DNA from: Chthonomonadaceae bacterium
GTDB taxonomy: Bacteria; Armatimonadota; Chthonomonadetes; Chthonomonadales; Chthonomonadaceae
Direction of reading: 5' to 3'
Assembly (NCBI GenBank): GCA_035650735.1
Contig: DASRGZ010000204.1
Location: 1 to 48,986, forward strand
DNA length: 48,986 bases
The notes beneath the pieces were generated by a model, which did no database searches, had not been told where the DNA came from, and saw nothing but the letters and a program-made list of their open reading frames with translations. Positions 10,965 to 21,022 of the stretch are shown here, one piece after another. The position numbers and the translations under genes were made by a program. Each line of letters opens with the position of its first letter. Position 1 is the stretch's first letter.

Positions 10965-12140
10965 ATGTCTTGCCAAGAGACCACACGCCGTCAATTTCTA
11001 CAGAGCCTGGGCGCCTTCGCGGCGACCACAGCGCTGGATGGCTTTCCGCAGGGGGCACATGGGCCGAGCCGCCACACAGCGCCGACGGCTCCGGTTGGCA
11101 TTGCCCGCTGCGATACCTATGCGCTGCCCCAGGTCACCCAGCGACTGCAAACGCTGCTGGACCAGATTGGCAGCCTCCGGCGTCTGGCCGCCGGCAAGAC
11201 CGTTGCCGTCAAGGTCAACCTGACCGGCAATCCTGCGCAGCCCGCGCTGGGACTGCCCGCCAACCGCACCTATCAGGTCCATCCGCATATCGTGCAGGCC
11301 CTGGCGATTCTGCTTGACCGGGCCGGAGCCAGGCGCATCCGGTTTGTGGAAAGCACCTATAGCCCGGCTCCCTTCCAGCAGACCCTGCTCGCGGGCGGCT
11401 GGAACCTGTCTGCGCTGTCGGCCCTGCATGCCCGCGTCGAATTTGAGGATACGCGCAATCGGGGGCAGGGCGCAAAGTATCACCGGGTTGCCGTGCCCTG
11501 GGGAGGCGATCTGTTTCCTGCCTACGAGCTCAATCATTCCTACGTGGATTGCGATACCTATATCTCGTTGGCTAAGCTTAAAAACCACGTGACGGCGGGC
11601 GTCACGCTCTCCCTGAAGAACAATTTCGGTATCACGCCCACGGCCCTGTACGGCCAGCACGAGCCCAACGAGAATAGCTTCAGCAACCGGGGCAGCATTT
11701 TTCATGCGGGGATTGAGCGACCGGCGGCGGGCTTGCCGCAAGAGGTAAACCCGCACGGTCCGCGCCGTCCCAGCTACAGGGTGCCCCGTCACATCGTGGA
11801 TGTGGTCGGGATACGTCCTATCGATCTGGCCCTCATTGATGGGATCGAGACGGTTTCCGGTGGAGAGGGTCCCTGGTGTCCGGGCTTAGCCTTGCAGCGC
11901 CCCCATCTACTGATCGCAGGACGGAATCCCGTCTGCACCGACGCCATTGCGATGGTCTGTATGGGCTATGACCCCCAGGCGCGGTCCGCAACCGGGCCGT
12001 TCCCCGGCGACAACCATCTGGCGCTGGCGGCGCGGCGGGGCCTGGGCGTCCATGATCCACACCGCATCGAGGTGGTGGGCCTGCCCCTGGCGCAAGCAGC
12101 ACATCCGTTCCATTGGGAACCGGCGTGGCGCAATACCTAA
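10965..12140 (+). CDS. DUF362 domain protein with Tat signal
   Basis: TRRQFL twin-arginine motif; VAVKVNL, LAKLKNH...GVTLSLKNNFG, IDGI...GGEGP and NPVCTDA motifs. Confidence 0.88.
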   Translation: MSCQETTRRQFLQSLGAFAATTALDGFPQGAHGPSRHTAPTAPVGIARCDTYALPQVTQRLQTLLDQIGSLRRLAAGKTVAVKVNLTGNPAQPALGLPANRTYQVHPHIVQALAILLDRAGARRIRFVESTYSPAPFQQTLLAGGWNLSALSALHARVEFEDTRNRGQGAKYHRVAVPWGGDLFPAYELNHSYVDCDTYISLAKLKNHVTAGVTLSLKNNFGITPTALYGQHEPNENSFSNRGSIFHAGIERPAAGLPQEVNPHGPRRPSYRVPRHIVDVVGIRPIDLALIDGIETVSGGEGPWCPGLALQRPHLLIAGRNPVCTDAIAMVCMGYDPQARSATGPFPGDNHLALAARRGLGVHDPHRIEVVGLPLAQAAHPFHWEPAWRNT

Positions 12141-12294
12141 GAACAAACCGGTCGCTGGCATGTGGGCGATACCATCTATTTTCACCAGGAGATTCGCGCA
12201 ACAGGTGGGCGGGGCCGGTGTCGAACAGATTCGAGAGCGTGTGGAAGGTGGCAATGTCCTATAGCGCTTTCGTTCAACAGAAAGGGAACCGTTG

Positions 12295-13446
12295 ATGCGT
12301 ATCCAGAATGTCTGCCGCTTCTTCGCTATGGGAGTGGCCGTTATGGGAACGCTGCTTTCCGCGTCTGCGGCAGAAAAAGATGTTGCCTGGGTGGATCGGC
12401 GCGTGCAGCAGTGGCAGCCGACGGCGCGGGAACGGCGGTGGGAAGGAATCGGGTGGGCGAAAGATATTCGCACCGCTATCCAACTGGCAGGCAAGCATCA
12501 GAGGCCGGTGTTTCTGTTTACACTGGATGGGCACATGAGTGTGGGGCGCTGTTGAGGCGGCGCTTTTGCCATGAGAGCCGTGTCGCTCTCGGATCTGCGT
12601 GTGATTGCCATGTTGAACCGGTACTTCGTTCCGGTCTTCGTCAGCAATGAAGATTATGGGGAGAAGGGCTGCGCGCCTCCGGAAGAACGGGCGGAGCTGA
12701 ACCGTATTCATCAGGAAGGCTACGCCGCGCATCTGTCTGTGGGAACCGTGCACGCGTTCGTCCTCTCTCCAACGGGGCATACGCTGGACTCGCTGCATGT
12801 GGCCCAGGCGTTCAAGCCCGATACGCTGCTGGCCATGCTGGAGCGAACCGTTCAGAAGCTGGGAACGACACCGGGCGAACCGGTCTTCCCGCCCGCGCCG
12901 CGGCCTGCGCCCCAGACTCCGCCGGGCGCTTTAATGCTCCACTTAACGGCGCGCTATCTGCAACGCAAAGGAGACGATTACGCGCTTATCGAGGATACGG
13001 GAGGCAACTGGAGCGCGCTTCCTGGGGAAGACTGGATCACGCTGACGCAGGCGCAGTGGAAGCGGCTGCTGCCGCCCGGCCCGGTACGTGTCGGAGGAAC
13101 GTGGGACATTGACCCGGAAGTTGCCGCCAGCCTTCTCCTCCATTTCTATCCCCCGACCGAGAACAACGACCTGACCACGAACCGCATTGACCGCGAGTCG
13201 TTGCAGGCGACGATTCTCTCCGTATCCGGAGGCATTGCGCGCGCCCGTATAGAAGGCGCGCTGACGATGAAGCATCCCTTCTACCACAAAGATGATCAGA
13301 AATTCGCAGAGGCGACTCTGCTTGGATACATCACCTTCGATACCAAGAAACGCAAGGTGCGCTCTCTCCGCCTGGTCACCGAGGATGCGGTCTATCGTGG
13401 CGATGGGTCTCAACTTCCTTATGGGGTGGCCGTTACCAGCCGGTAG
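12295..13446 (+). CDS. Putative secreted thioredoxin-like selenoprotein (Sec at TGA 12553-12555)
   Basis: The two listed ORFs share one frame, joined by TGT TGA GGC GGC GCT TTT GCC ATG. The joined sequence RPVFLFTLDG..GRC-U-GGAFAMRAVSLSDLRVIAMLNRYFVPVFV resembles a DUF255/Thioredoxin_7-like fold. N-terminal signal peptide; SECIS-like hairpin downstream of the TGA. Confidence 0.8.
12556..12600 (+). promoter_or_regulatory. Bacterial SECIS-like hairpin
   Basis: Stem GAGAGC(12573-12578)/GCTCTC(12585-12590); loop CGTGTC with G at loop position 2, 23 nt after the UGA; lower pairing cc/gg and gcgc/gcgt. Confidence 0.7.
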
Positions 13447-13631
13447 ACACTCCCAGCCGTGTGGATCAATCTCACGCAGCCTGCTGCTGAGGAGATACGT
13501 CAGCACCGTTGGGAGGGATTACCTACCAGCCTGTGAAGCGGTTGTATAGGGTCGGACTGAAGAGGCGGGGAGGACCTTTAAGGCATCGAAGCGGCTACGG
13601 ATAGGCAAGGGCCGAGAGAAGGGAGCGCGGG

Positions 13632-14588
13632 ATGCGCGTCTTTGTGGCGGGAGCAACAGGCGTGATGGGACGGGCGCTGCTGCCCCAACTGTCGGCGGCG
13701 GGGCACGAGGCCATCGGGCTGGCGCGCTCGCCGGAGAAGCTGCCGCTGGTGGAGAAGTTGGGCGCGAGGACGGCGCGCGGCGATGTGCTGGATGCGGAGA
13801 CGCTGCGCCGTCTTATCCGCGAGACGCAGCCGGAGGCCGTTGTCAACCTGGCGACAGCGATCCCGCGCACGCTGCGGATGAGCCCGAAGGACTGGGAGGC
13901 CAACGACCGCGTGCGCGTGGAGGGAACGGCCAACCTGCTGGCGGCGGCGCGGGAGGCGGGCGTGCGCCTGTTCGTGCAGAATAGCTTCGGCTACGTCTAC
14001 CAGCCGCGCGGCGACCAATGGATAGAGGAGGACGCGCCGCTCACCTCGCAGGACTTTCGACGCTCGGAGGTGCAGGCGGAGGAGGTCGCCCGCTCCGGCA
14101 GCATTCCGGCTACCATCCTGCGCTTCGGGATGCTCATGGCTGCCGATGCCTGGCATACCGAACAGACGATTGCGATGCTGCGGCGCGGCCTGCCCTCCCT
14201 CGTCGGCGCGGGAGACAACTACCTCAGCCTGATCTATGCGGAGGATTCGGCGCGGGCGATCCTCTGTGCGCTGGCCAATTCGCAGGCCGCTGCCGGGCAG
14301 ACCTTCAACGTCGTGGACGATGAGCCGGTTCGCATGCGCGATATGCTCGCCTACGCTGCGCGCGTCCTGCATACGCCCCCGCCCAGGCACATCCCGCCGT
14401 TTCTGGTCAAGCTAAGCTACGGGGCCTTAGCCCTCGAAGTCCTGACCGCCTCCTACCGGATAAGCAACGCCCGGATCAAGCGGACGCTTGGCTTTGCGCC
14501 GCGCTATCCCACCTACCGCGAGACCTGGGCGCAGATCGCTCAGGAAGTCGGTTCCCGCGACCTTACGCCGTCGGAGGAGCTAAAATAG
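13632..14588 (+). CDS. NAD-dependent epimerase/dehydratase (atypical SDR)
   Basis: MRVFVAGATGVMGR Rossmann motif, FNVVDDEP, SNARIKRTLGFAPRYPTY. Confidence 0.9.
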   Translation: MRVFVAGATGVMGRALLPQLSAAGHEAIGLARSPEKLPLVEKLGARTARGDVLDAETLRRLIRETQPEAVVNLATAIPRTLRMSPKDWEANDRVRVEGTANLLAAAREAGVRLFVQNSFGYVYQPRGDQWIEEDAPLTSQDFRRSEVQAEEVARSGSIPATILRFGMLMAADAWHTEQTIAMLRRGLPSLVGAGDNYLSLIYAEDSARAILCALANSQAAAGQTFNVVDDEPVRMRDMLAYAARVLHTPPPRHIPPFLVKLSYGALALEVLTASYRISNARIKRTLGFAPRYPTYRETWAQIAQEVGSRDLTPSEELK

Positions 14589-14634
14589 CCCGGCCTCTCT
14601 CAGCGGCGGGTGCGCCGAAAGCCCCTTTGCGCTC

Positions 14635-15813
14635 TCACCAATCCCCGACGCTGCCATCGGCATAAAAGGTGCGCTGCATCAGTTCCGGCTGGTACGGGTG
14701 TCGGGCGACCTCCTGCTCGTTGATCTCGATGCCCAGGCCGGGCCGGTTGCCAGGACAGACCGTGCGGCCCTGCCGCTCCACCGTGAAGCACTCGGAGACG
14801 ACGTCCTGCCGCCAGGGCACGTCCAGATGCACTGATTCGCAGATGATGTAGGAGGGCGTGGCGAAGCCGAACTCCAGGGAGGCTGCCGTGCTTACCGGCC
14901 CCTGCGGATTGTGCGGAGCCATCGCTACGCGGTAGGCTTCCGCCATCGCCGCGATGCGCCGCGCCTCCGTCAGTCCGCCGCAGTGGGTGATGTCGGGCTG
15001 GATGACGCTGCAAGCCCGCTGCTCCAGGAGTGGGCGGAAGGCGTGCTGCGTGACCAGTCGCTCGCCGGTGGCAATCGGCGTGCTGACGGCGCGCTGGATG
15101 AGGGCGATGTCCTCGATGGTCTCCGGCCAGCACGGCTCCTCGAACCAGTAGAGGCCGTAAGGCTCCAGCGCTCGGGCGAAGAGCAGGCCCATGCGCGGCG
15201 ATGGGCGGGCGTGGGCGTCCACCATGATGTCTATGCTATCTCCGACCGCCTCGCGCACGGCCCGCACGCAGGCTTCTGCGTACTTGATGGGCCGCAGCCC
15301 TTCGAGGGGCATGGTCTCCGGCACCGCCATCATCTTGAAGGCCGTAAAGCCTTCCTCGACGGCCTGCCGGGCCAGGTCGGCAAAGCGCGATGCGTCGGCG
15401 GGCGAGGTCTCGTAAAAATCCTCCATCTTACCGCCGCCCAGGTGGCAGTAGAGGCGGATCGTGTCGCGCACCGGCCCGCCCCAGAGCTTGTGGCAGGGAA
15501 CGCCATGCACTTTGCCCAGAATGTCCCAGAGCGCCAGGTCAATGCCGCTGATGGCCGTGCCGCGCACGATGCCGTTGCCGTGCCAGAAGTGCTGGCGGTA
15601 CATGATCTGCCAGAGGTACTCGATGCGCGTGGGGTCTTGCCCGATGAGCAGCGGCACGATGTCCTCGATAGCGCCCAGCACCGCTTTCGTGTGCCACTCC
15701 AGCGTCGCCTCGCCCCACCCATACAGCCCCGGCTGATCGGTAAGCACCTTGACAAAAATCCAGTTGCGCATCCGCGCGTGGCACACCAGCGTTTCAATCT
15801 TGGTAATCTTCAT
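14635..15813 (-). CDS. dgoD: Galactonate dehydratase-like enzyme (mandelate racemase/enolase superfamily)
   Basis: [47 protein letters not shown] motifs and C-terminal DGSVGDW. Confidence 0.85.
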   Translation of the reverse strand: MKITKIETLVCHARMRNWIFVKVLTDQPGLYGWGEATLEWHTKAVLGAIEDIVPLLIGQDPTRIEYLWQIMYRQHFWHGNGIVRGTAISGIDLALWDILGKVHGVPCHKLWGGPVRDTIRLYCHLGGGKMEDFYETSPADASRFADLARQAVEEGFTAFKMMAVPETMPLEGLRPIKYAEACVRAVREAVGDSIDIMVDAHARPSPRMGLLFARALEPYGLYWFEEPCWPETIEDIALIQRAVSTPIATGERLVTQHAFRPLLEQRACSVIQPDITHCGGLTEARRIAAMAEAYRVAMAPHNPQGPVSTAASLEFGFATPSYIICESVHLDVPWRQDVVSECFTVERQGRTVCPGNRPGLGIEINEQEVARHPYQPELMQRTFYADGSVGDW

Positions 15814-16118
15814 CCTTCGCTCCTGTCGTTATTCGGCAGGCTCGCCAATCCATTCCCTTCCAGCATTACGCACAGGCGCATAACGAGCCTTTCTATTCCA
15901 CCACAGGCTGCCGTTTATCTCTTCGACGGAAACGGGCCGGTTCCTGCTGCCTGGCAAGGTATAAGCGGATAGGTGAGGGGAGCGGGAAGGCCAGTCAAAA
16001 ATAAAAATCCGACGGCGGGGCAGGAATCCAGAGCCGTTGTGGTGAAAAGCTAGGGTATAATGAACTGATTTCAACCGGATTGCCTGCCTCTCTCCCGACC
16101 CATTGCGCGTCTGCTGTT

Positions 16119-16229
16119 CGGGCGAATGAATTCGCGGCAACAAAGGCACGAAGTCGCCCTGCGGCGATTAAAAACCCGAACCTGCGAAGGCAGGTTTTGT
16201 GCCGTTGTTGCTGCGGTTTTAACTGCCCG
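16119..16229. repeat. Family B multi-hairpin interspersed repeat, copy 1 (about 110 bp)
   Basis: Highly similar to 34289-34397; terminal cgggc/gcccg, long stem and two internal hairpins. Confidence 0.9.
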
Positions 16230-16404
16230 CAGAGAGTTGCGCATGGAGGCAGTCGTCTGGTGAATGGCCGCCTTCGCCCCCCGGTTCCAGGTAAGATCGG
16301 CCCGCGCCGCGCGATCTCCCCCGTTCGCATTCCCGCGCCAGGCCGAAAGGACGACCGAAGCCGCGTTCCCAACGCCGAACTCCGACGCGGCATAGGGTGG
16401 ATCT

Positions 16405-19400
16405 ATGCTCACATCGTACCAACGCCGGGCTTTTCTCCTCATCGCGCTCGCCGCGCTCGAACCTGCGGCTCTCTCTGCGGCCCATGCGCAGGCGCCTGCC
16501 GATTCGCTCTGGGATGTCCTGTCCCGCGCCGAGAGCGCCCCGCGCCTTGTCGTCAACAACGCCGACAACGGCGGGCACAATACCGGCCCCTTCCCGGAGC
16601 CCGCGCCCGTGACGCGCCGCCCGCTCGGCCCGGTGCCCGGTTTTACCCTGCCCTCGACCCGCCGCGCGGGCGACCAGGCCGACTCCCTGTTTGGCAAAAA
16701 GCGGCGGCACGGGGGACTGTTCGGCCCGATCGGCGACTGGTTTGACCATCTGCAGCGCGTCACCGGCAGCCGCATCAAGATGACCGGACACCACACGCTG
16801 TCGCTGCGCCTGGAGAACGTCTCCGGCAACGACTCTTCCTACCGTGACGAGCAGTACTATGGGCGCGGCTCCAACGGCATCTATAACGATACCGACCTGA
16901 CCATTGACGCCACGTTCCTGAAGTATTTCCACTACGCGACCCGCATCAGCAACAGCCCGTTTGGCAATCCGAACGACAACCGCGTGAAGCTCGACTACAA
17001 CACCAAAAAGCTGCGCGTGGAGTGGGGCGACCTCAACGCCGGGTTCCAGGGCAACTCGCTCATAGATTTCAACCGCTACCTCAACGGCGTGCAGGTCAGC
17101 GCGCAGTGGGCGCCCCAGTTCCGCAGCACTCTCCTCTACTCGCAGACCAAGGCCGAGACGCGCACCCTCACCATCCCCGGCAACGACTCCGCCGGACCCT
17201 ATTACGTCTATGCCGGCCAGATCGTCGAAGGCAGCGACCGCGTGCGCGTGGACAACCGCGAGCTGGTCAAGGGTCAAGACTACACGCTCGATACCTACAC
17301 GGGCGAGCTGCGCTTCCTGCACGGCAACATCGTCCTGCATAGCTCCACGATTGCCGTTACCTTTGAAACTCTGGGCTACAACCAGACGCGCGGCAACATC
17401 TATGGCTTCCGCACCGAGTTCACCCCCCACGGCGGCACGCAGTTCGGGCTGACCTACGTGATGCAGCAGGCGCGCGGCTCCAGCGGCCTCCAGACGCGCA
17501 AGCAGGAATGGCTCGGCCAGATCAACCCCAACGAAGTGCTCTATCTGGACGCGCCGATGGACCTGACCAAGCCGCTGAACGTGACGATGGGCGGTCTGCC
17601 GCTGCAAAAGGGCGTGGACTACCTGATTGATACGAACCTGCTCAACCAAATCCGCCTCGTGCATGGCGTACCGCCGGGCACCAACCTGATCGTGGAGTAT
17701 TATCCGCTCGATGTCAGCCCCACGCCGGGCAATCGCAGCGTGCTTGGCCTGGATGGACGCATCTCGCTCGGCGCGCTCGGCGCGCTCACGGCGGAGGCCG
17801 CGCTCTCCGGCCTGAGCCTGCTGAGTAACAACGTCAGCGGACACGCCTGGCAGTTTCGCGCCGACCTCAACCCGCTGCGCAACCTGCATACGAATCTGAC
17901 CCTGCGCGACATCAGCCCGACCTTCTCCTCCATCCAGAGCCCGGGCTTTAACCGCAACGAGCGCGCCATCGAGTTCTCCGGCGATTATGCGCCCATCAAG
18001 AACCTGCGCCTCAATTTCGACTGGCAGAAGGCCAAGCGTCCCTCTTACAGCACCGGCCTGGGGATTGGCGTGAGTCAGTTCAATATTACCTCCAACGGCA
18101 ACGACGACTACGACCAGTACACCTTCGGCCTCTCCTACAACTTCGCCAAAAACGGCACGATCAGCCTGCTGCGCAACAGCCTCTCCACCCGCTACGCGCT
18201 GGGGGGCAGCAGTGCCAACGTCAACGACAGCTTCACCATCAGCTATGGCCTGCGCGCGGTGACCTTCGATGCCGGGCTGAGCCGTAACGAGAACCGGAGC
18301 ACGAGCCTCCTGGACCTGAGCCTGCTGGGCCTGACGCCGACCGGCAGCAGCACGCCGTCGCAGCCCTCCAGCTATGCCGCCTCCACGTTCAGCAAGCACT
18401 TTGGCGTGCGCTGGCGGGCCTCCACCTGGCTCAACCTCCAGGGCACCATTTCGGACAACGACATCACCAACAGCGGCTTCGGCTCCAGCGGAACCTCCAA
18501 TGCGCGCGACATTCAGCTTACCGCCAACGTCACCCCGCTGCGTAACCTGCGCTTCTCCTACTCCTACGACCTGTCCGACACCGGCAACGCCTCCAGCTTC
18601 TTTAACCAGATAACCGGCGCTACCGGCACCTCCACGGGCGCGACGGGTGGGACGAGCACGGGTTCGCAGGGCACCTCCGGTTCTACAGGCTCCAGCGGCT
18701 CAACCGGCAGCGTCATCGGCGGGCCTATCCGCTCCGTGCTCCCGCCGTTCCCCCTGCACACGCGCGATGTCCTGGCAGGCGGCAGCACGGCAGGCACGAC
18801 GACGTCCTCTTTCGGAAGCTCGTTCCCGACCCTGTTTGGCAGCGGCGGCTACAACGCCAACCTGGGCGGCTACGGCAACTACAGCGGCTTCTACGGCAGC
18901 GGCTACAACTACGGCTACGGCTACACCAGCTTCGGCGGGAGCAGCCGCTCCCACCGCTTCTCGCTGGACTATCAGCCGCGCCAGAACCTGCAACTGAGTC
19001 TGCAATATGACAGCGCCGCCAGCAACGGCGACTATCAGTACAACAGCAACCGCAACAACTTCGCCGTCAACATCGGCTGGCAGCCCTCCGAACGGCTCCA
19101 GCTCAACGCCGCCTATGGCATCCAGCGCATCGCCTATAATAACGGCTTCGGCAGCACCAACAGCAACTCGATCCTGATCTCCATCCAGGGCCGTCCGTTC
19201 GGGGGCAAGCTGGGCACGCAGCTAAGCTGGCAGATGCTGCGGACCAGCAGCGCCGTCAGCGTTACCGGGCAGACCTCAAGCGGGATCGGAACCGGCATCG
19301 CAACCGGAACAGGCTCCTCTGCGGGTTCCTCGCTGCTGGATACCAGCACCAACCTGAGCTCTCTGGCCCTCCGGCTCGACTATCCGCTCTTCCGGAACCA

Positions 19401-19614
19401 GACGCTGTTTGTGGAACTGCTGCGCTCCGACGCCTCCGGCTATCTAGGCAGCGTAGAAAGCGATTTTCGTGTCGGCATTGATTTCGGCCTGACGCAGACG
19501 CTCAAGCTTTCGCTCGGCTGGCAGGCGCTCAGCCGCATCAACAAAGACCCGCAGAACGCCACCTACAACTATAAGGCTAACTCGCTCCTGGCCGAGTTGG
19601 GCTTACGCTTCTAG
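16405..19614 (+). CDS. Large secreted, probably outer-membrane beta-barrel protein with SprA-like motif
   Basis: Signal peptide (AHA-Q), many amphipathic beta strands, C-terminal LAELGLRF, two copies of L.(K)G.DY..D, Gly/Ser/Thr-rich loops. Confidence 0.75.
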   Translation: MLTSYQRRAFLLIALAALEPAALSAAHAQAPADSLWDVLSRAESAPRLVVNNADNGGHNTGPFPEPAPVTRRPLGPVPGFTLPSTRRAGDQADSLFGKKRRHGGLFGPIGDWFDHLQRVTGSRIKMTGHHTLSLRLENVSGNDSSYRDEQYYGRGSNGIYNDTDLTIDATFLKYFHYATRISNSPFGNPNDNRVKLDYNTKKLRVEWGDLNAGFQGNSLIDFNRYLNGVQVSAQWAPQFRSTLLYSQTKAETRTLTIPGNDSAGPYYVYAGQIVEGSDRVRVDNRELVKGQDYTLDTYTGELRFLHGNIVLHSSTIAVTFETLGYNQTRGNIYGFRTEFTPHGGTQFGLTYVMQQARGSSGLQTRKQEWLGQINPNEVLYLDAPMDLTKPLNVTMGGLPLQKGVDYLIDTNLLNQIRLVHGVPPGTNLIVEYYPLDVSPTPGNRSVLGLDGRISLGALGALTAEAALSGLSLLSNNVSGHAWQFRADLNPLRNLHTNLTLRDISPTFSSIQSPGFNRNERAIEFSGDYAPIKNLRLNFDWQKAKRPSYSTGLGIGVSQFNITSNGNDDYDQYTFGLSYNFAKNGTISLLRNSLSTRYALGGSSANVNDSFTISYGLRAVTFDAGLSRNENRSTSLLDLSLLGLTPTGSSTPSQPSSYAASTFSKHFGVRWRASTWLNLQGTISDNDITNSGFGSSGTSNARDIQLTANVTPLRNLRFSYSYDLSDTGNASSFFNQITGATGTSTGATGGTSTGSQGTSGSTGSSGSTGSVIGGPIRSVLPPFPLHTRDVLAGGSTAGTTTSSFGSSFPTLFGSGGYNANLGGYGNYSGFYGSGYNYGYGYTSFGGSSRSHRFSLDYQPRQNLQLSLQYDSAASNGDYQYNSNRNNFAVNIGWQPSERLQLNAAYGIQRIAYNNGFGSTNSNSILISIQGRPFGGKLGTQLSWQMLRTSSAVSVTGQTSSGIGTGIATGTGSSAGSSLLDTSTNLSSLALRLDYPLFRNQTLFVELLRSDASGYLGSVESDFRVGIDFGLTQTLKLSLGWQALSRINKDPQNATYNYKANSLLAELGLRF

Positions 19615-19645
19615 GGCTTCTTCCCTGCCTCCTCGCTTCTCGCCC

Positions 19646-19778
19646 CGCCCTCACCCCATTTCGGCAGGCTGAACCCTGCCGCTGTGGGGTCTGCAAAGGT
19701 CGGGCCTGCAATGGACTGCCAGGGTCGGCAGGGTTACGGCCCCTGCCTCCGCCTTGCCACAGCCCTCCGCCTAGCGAG
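19646..19778. repeat. REP/MITE-like family A element
   Basis: Its 3' part is the reverse complement of the element at the window start. Confidence 0.8.
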
Positions 19779-19779
19779 G

Positions 19780-19866
19780 CCCGTCGCCCACCTGCGTGGG
19801 CGAAAGGACAAGCGGCAATTCCGTATCGGTCGCGGCATCCCCGTCGCCCACCCGCGTGGGCGAAAG
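19780..19866. repeat. Two palindromic 27-bp repeats separated by 33 bp (type I-E-like mini-array geometry)
   Basis: cccgtcgcccacc(t/c)gcgtgggcgaaag at 19780-19806 and 19840-19866; period 60. Confidence 0.8.
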
Positions 19867-19988
19867 ACTTTCTGCCTGTTTCGCCGCTTGAAAAGCAACC
19901 TGGCGTCGAACAAAAAAGGAAATTCCGCTGTAACGAGCGAACTGGAAACTAGCCTGATAGACCGAGAAGAACCAGGGAGGAAGAGCTT

Positions 19989-21011
19989 ATGAGAGCGCTT
20001 GGTGTCGCCATAAATGGGGCTGGATGGGTGGCCGGAGAGCATATCAAGGCCTATCAGAAGAACCCGCATACGGAGGTCGTGGCGATTTGCAGCCGGACGC
20101 GCGAGTCGGCGGCGGCGCGGGCGCTGGAGGCGGGCCTGGAGGATATTCAGATCACCACCGATTACGCAGAGGTGCTGAGAAATCCGCGCGTGGACATCGT
20201 CTCCGTCTGTACGCCGCCCAATTGCCACCCGCAGGATACCATCCGGGCGGCGGAGGCCGGCAAGCACATCCTCATCGAAAAGGCGGCCGCCAACGACCTG
20301 CAGAGCCTGCGCGCCATGCAGGAGGCGGTGCGCAACGCCGGCGTCAAAACGGTGGTCAGCTTCGTCCTGCGCTGGAACCCGCAGTTCATGTGGATCGACC
20401 GCATGCTCGATGAGGGCGCCATCGGACCACTCTTCTATGCCGAAGTGGACTACTGGCACAACATCGGCCCGCAATACAAGCAGTACGCCTGGAACGTCAA
20501 GAAAGAGATCGCGGGCTCCGTGTTCCTCTCGGCGGGCTGCCATGCCGTGGACGCGCTGCGCCATTTCGCCCGCGATGAGGTCGTCGAAGTCACCGCCTAC
20601 GCCAACAAGCGCAACCCGGAATACGAGTACGAGACCAACGTCGTCGGCATCGTTAAGTTTGCGGGCGGGGCCATCGGCAAAGTGTCGGCCTCCTTCGACG
20701 TGCGGTGTCCCTACGCCTTCAACATTGACCTGCTCGGCGAGAAGGGCACCATCCGCGACAACCACATCTACGCCAAAGACTTCTTCGCCGGACAGACCGA
20801 CTGGATCACGGTGCCCACCATCCGCCCGGATAGCGGCGACGTGACCCATCATCCCTTCGTCGGTGAAATCAACCACTTTGTGGACTGCATCCTCCACGAC
20901 AAAGAGTCCTTTGTCAATCTGGAGGACGCCGCCAAAACGCACGAGGTCTGCTTCGCTCTGGATAAGTCGGTGGAGACGGGCGGCCCGGTGCGCATCGCCG
21001 ACCTGGGATAA
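19989..21011 (+). CDS. Gfo/Idh/MocA family oxidoreductase
   Basis: INGAGWVA, VDIVSVCTP, AGKHILIEK, GCHAVD motifs. Confidence 0.93.
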   Translation: MRALGVAINGAGWVAGEHIKAYQKNPHTEVVAICSRTRESAAARALEAGLEDIQITTDYAEVLRNPRVDIVSVCTPPNCHPQDTIRAAEAGKHILIEKAAANDLQSLRAMQEAVRNAGVKTVVSFVLRWNPQFMWIDRMLDEGAIGPLFYAEVDYWHNIGPQYKQYAWNVKKEIAGSVFLSAGCHAVDALRHFARDEVVEVTAYANKRNPEYEYETNVVGIVKFAGGAIGKVSASFDVRCPYAFNIDLLGEKGTIRDNHIYAKDFFAGQTDWITVPTIRPDSGDVTHHPFVGEINHFVDCILHDKESFVNLEDAAKTHEVCFALDKSVETGGPVRIADLG

Positions 21012-21022
21012 AAACCAATTAA

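Noticed and set aside
12571..13446. Independent 291-aa gene plus a separate 87-aa gene
   Set aside because: Same frame, split at the predicted active site by TGA with a SECIS-like hairpin; a single readthrough product is the simpler reading.
16037..16061. sigma70 promoter at TATAAT 16056-16061
   Set aside because: Perfect -10 but no -35 at proper spacing and no extended TG; insufficient support.
16219..18399. 726-aa minus-strand ORF and other long antisense ORFs (863-1987, 19734-20942, 21141-22424, 37800-39233, 44592-45698)
   Set aside because: Shadow frames opposite well-supported genes, as expected in GC3-rich DNA; no recognisable motifs.
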